Assembly: GCA_039794845.1 (NCBI GenBank)
Contig: JAUQVK010000017.1
Span: forward strand, 1-40,107
Length of the DNA stretch: 40,107 nucleotides
Direction: 5' to 3'
From: Thermostichus sp. DRC_bins_24
GTDB lineage: Bacteria > Cyanobacteriota > Cyanobacteriia > Thermostichales > Thermostichaceae
The position numbers were made by a program, and so were the translations under genes. Positions 38,060 to 40,107 of this stretch are shown one piece after another; the first letter of the stretch is position 1; every line of letters starts with the position of its first letter. The notes beneath the pieces are model-generated. The model was not told the DNA's origin, did no database searches, and worked only from the letters and a program-made list of their open reading frames with translations.

Positions 38060-38289
38060 AAGAATCCAAGCTTTATGCTTTATTGAGAATTGAGAATAGC
38101 GACGATGGAGTAGCCATCAACATCCTAGAGAAGGGACTCAACACCCTGGGGTACGCGGGAATTCACGCTTGGGGAGAGAACGACCGCTATCTGAATCAGG
38201 TAACTGGGACAGACAAGTCGGCTTGCTGTAGGCGAAGCCTTCTCGAAGAGGACCAAGAATTCCCCGTCTTTAGGCATGGGAAGGGTCAA
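38060..38289 (+). mobile_element. IS200/IS605 remnant: tnpB C-terminal tail plus right end
   Basis: Translates as AINILEKGLNTLGYAGIHAWGEND...KS...QEFPVFRHGKGQ (typical TnpB tail); right end AAGAATTCCCCGTCTTTAGGCATGGGAAGGGTCAA ends in TCAA; possible degenerate left end at about 38060-38088. Confidence 0.8.
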
Positions 38290-38996
38290 ATACAAGTGCT
38301 TGGAATCGGGATCCATGCACCTTCAAAGGATTGAAACAGTGGAATATGTCCGAGGCTACGTACCTTATTAGACCAATCAAACCCAACATCTTCTAGCTTC
38401 TTCTTCCAATCATGCCCCTCTGTCAAGACAACAACCAAACCGACCACCTCAGCTCCAACTCGCCGTAAAAGTTCTATGCTGGCCGCTGCCGTTCCCCCAG
38501 TATTGATTACATCATCCACAATTACCGTGCGTTTTCCCTTAACCCGACTGACCAAGCCGGGGTCAATGTAGAGGCGTTTTTGAGATCCAGGACGCGTAAT
38601 CGACTCTACCGGCACAGACATTTTCTCCTCATACCAAAATTTGCGGGAATTCCCCAGTGCTGTATATTGTGAAAACCCAAGAGACCGGGCAACCCGTCGA
38701 GCATAATCAAGCCCCAAGGTCGGAATACCCACAATGGCTTCTGGGTTAAACTGCCGAGCAAGATTCGTCAACAACGGCGTCAACTTTTCTTCGACAGAGA
38801 ATGGTGTTTGGTTGGACATTAATAGAGCAATCGCCATCTGTCCATCTGGGAAAGCTTTCAAAGGTAGCTCCAGAATACTTCCGTCCAATAATCTAACCGG
38901 GTAAACAGAATAATATGGAGGATTTGTCTGCAAGTCAGTATCTGCTTCTGAGAGCAGTCTAGCAAAATAAGGCTCACAGTTAACCACTTCAATCAT
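38286..38996 (-). CDS. Type I phosphoribosyltransferase (purine/pyrimidine PRTase-like)
   Basis: PRPP-binding motif VIVDDVINTGGT; GIPTLG motif. Confidence 0.9.
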   Translation of the reverse strand: MIEVVNCEPYFARLLSEADTDLQTNPPYYSVYPVRLLDGSILELPLKAFPDGQMAIALLMSNQTPFSVEEKLTPLLTNLARQFNPEAIVGIPTLGLDYARRVARSLGFSQYTALGNSRKFWYEEKMSVPVESITRPGSQKRLYIDPGLVSRVKGKRTVIVDDVINTGGTAAASIELLRRVGAEVVGLVVVLTEGHDWKKKLEDVGFDWSNKVRSLGHIPLFQSFEGAWIPIPSTCI

Positions 38997-39769
38997 AAAA
39001 TCAAAGCCTCCTGCAAAAGAACAAGTCCCACCGACATCACAAGATATAATGCCATAAAAGCATAGTCTCCCCTCTTAAACTTTAATTCGTAGATGCTGGT
39101 ACGCTGGCTTGTGCTTCCAAAGCGGTAGGTCAACAATGCAAATGACAAGGTTTGGCCTAAGCGTAACGACCTAAGCAGCAATGGAACAGCAATTGCTAAA
39201 TAGTTCCGTATACGTTCAAATAAACCACCTCGATCTAACTCTTGACCACGACTGCGCTGAGCATCCATAATATTCGAAAATTCTTGTGTGATTAGAGGCA
39301 AGATTTGTAAAGACAGGCCGACACCAAAAGCCAGAGAGTAAGGGATCCCAATCTGTGTCAAACCTACGATCATTGATCCAAAGTCTGTTGTTGCTAAAAG
39401 AGCGTAGAATGAGCCAGACATAATAAGAATTCTACATACAGCCGCAATGGCTAATGTTAATCCAGACTCAGTGAATCTTAGGAATCCCAAATCCAACAAC
39501 ACCAACCCATCATGGCTACCGATAAAATTCCACATCACAAAGGACGCTAACAGCAGTGGAGATATTGCAAAGATGAATTGGATACCCTGTTCTACAATCT
39601 GTCCAGTCCAACAGTAGAAAACCAGGCCGAGAAGCAATACGAAAAGAGGTAGAGGAGCACGGAGATACCATGCTAGAGCACTACACAAAACCATTGCCAA
39701 TAGCTTTGTGCGTGGATCCAACGCATGAATAGGAGAAAATCGATGGATATATTGGAAGAGCTGAGGCAT
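38993..39769 (-). CDS. ECF transporter transmembrane T component (EcfT/CbiQ)
   Basis: SPIHALDPRTKL and IMDAQRSRG motifs. Confidence 0.92.
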   Translation of the reverse strand: MPQLFQYIHRFSPIHALDPRTKLLAMVLCSALAWYLRAPLPLFVLLLGLVFYCWTGQIVEQGIQFIFAISPLLLASFVMWNFIGSHDGLVLLDLGFLRFTESGLTLAIAAVCRILIMSGSFYALLATTDFGSMIVGLTQIGIPYSLAFGVGLSLQILPLITQEFSNIMDAQRSRGQELDRGGLFERIRNYLAIAVPLLLRSLRLGQTLSFALLTYRFGSTSQRTSIYELKFKRGDYAFMALYLVMSVGLVLLQEALIL

Positions 39770-39771
39770 AT

Positions 39772-40107
39772 TTAACTACTACAAATCACTAAATGTTGAG
39801 CAAATTCTGAAGGTGTTAGGCAGGGAAACCCTAGAAGCTCATTAGATAGCTGAACATGAGCTGGAAGCGGAATCTGAAATCCCTCAAATTGCTTTGTTTC
39901 TCTAATCAACTCATGTGTAGGTTGGCAGCAAACTAAACGTCCATCCTTGAACACAATTAAGTCATCGGCATTCTCAATTAGTAGAGATAGATCATGAGAA
40001 ACACAAATAATTGTCTTTCCTTCTTGCAATAGCTGTTTGAGCAGTCGAATAAGTTGCTCTCGACCAAAGCGATCCATTCCGAAAGTAGGCTCATCCAAGA
40101 CCAGGAC
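39772..40107 (-). CDS. ECF/ABC transporter ATPase, C-terminal part (start lies beyond the window)
   Basis: VLVLDEPTFGMD Walker B/D-loop and VSHD H-loop. Confidence 0.9.
   Translation of the reverse strand, partial: VLVLDEPTFGMDRFGREQLIRLLKQLLQEGKTIICVSHDLSLLIENADDLIVFKDGRLVCCQPTHELIRETKQFEGFQIPLPAHVQLSNELLGFPCLTPSEFAQHLVICSS

Larger units (their letters stand above)
1..40107. repeat. Highly iterated palindrome GGGATCCC (HIP1 variant) throughout the window
   Basis: Dozens of copies in coding and intergenic DNA (e.g. 824, 3489, 4612, 5245, 10262); no exact count was made. Confidence 0.95.

Noticed and set aside
38017..38334. 105-aa ORF as a functional gene
   Set aside because: It is a TnpB tail remnant reading through the IS end into the convergent PRTase

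Overview
GC-rich cyanobacterial chromosome segment. The palindrome GGGATCCC is hugely over-represented; this is the HIP1 variant known from hot-spring Synechococcus/Thermostichus, so that lineage is likely (inference). Most of the window is core genes: a pseudouridine synthase, purA, tatC, homogentisate phytyltransferase, yceD-jag-yidC, tRNA-Asn, ppa, ccdA-ccsB, a USP, a GH57/DUF3536 protein, mraY, phosphoketolase, ycf35, xseAB and folD. Accessory features: (i) a divergent pair at 27.0-32.7 kb, made of an AT-rich NYN (PIN-like) RNase with two near-identical LOTUS/OST-HTH-like repeats and a 1362-aa SF1 (UvrD/TRANK1-like) helicase with one or two apparent N-terminal RelE-like domains and a long helical C-terminus; this is the best candidate for an undescribed defence or RNA-surveillance system; (ii) three IS200/IS605-type remnants that have lost the nuclease ORF but keep the right end, the part that encodes the guide-RNA scaffold; (iii) small dispersed repeats; (iv) two coiled-coil/tail-anchored proteins, one with a 21-bp tandem repeat; (v) an AT-rich ECF transporter/PRTase island at the right edge. 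No CRISPR array, rRNA or integrase was seen. All family assignments come from reading motifs by eye, not from database searches.
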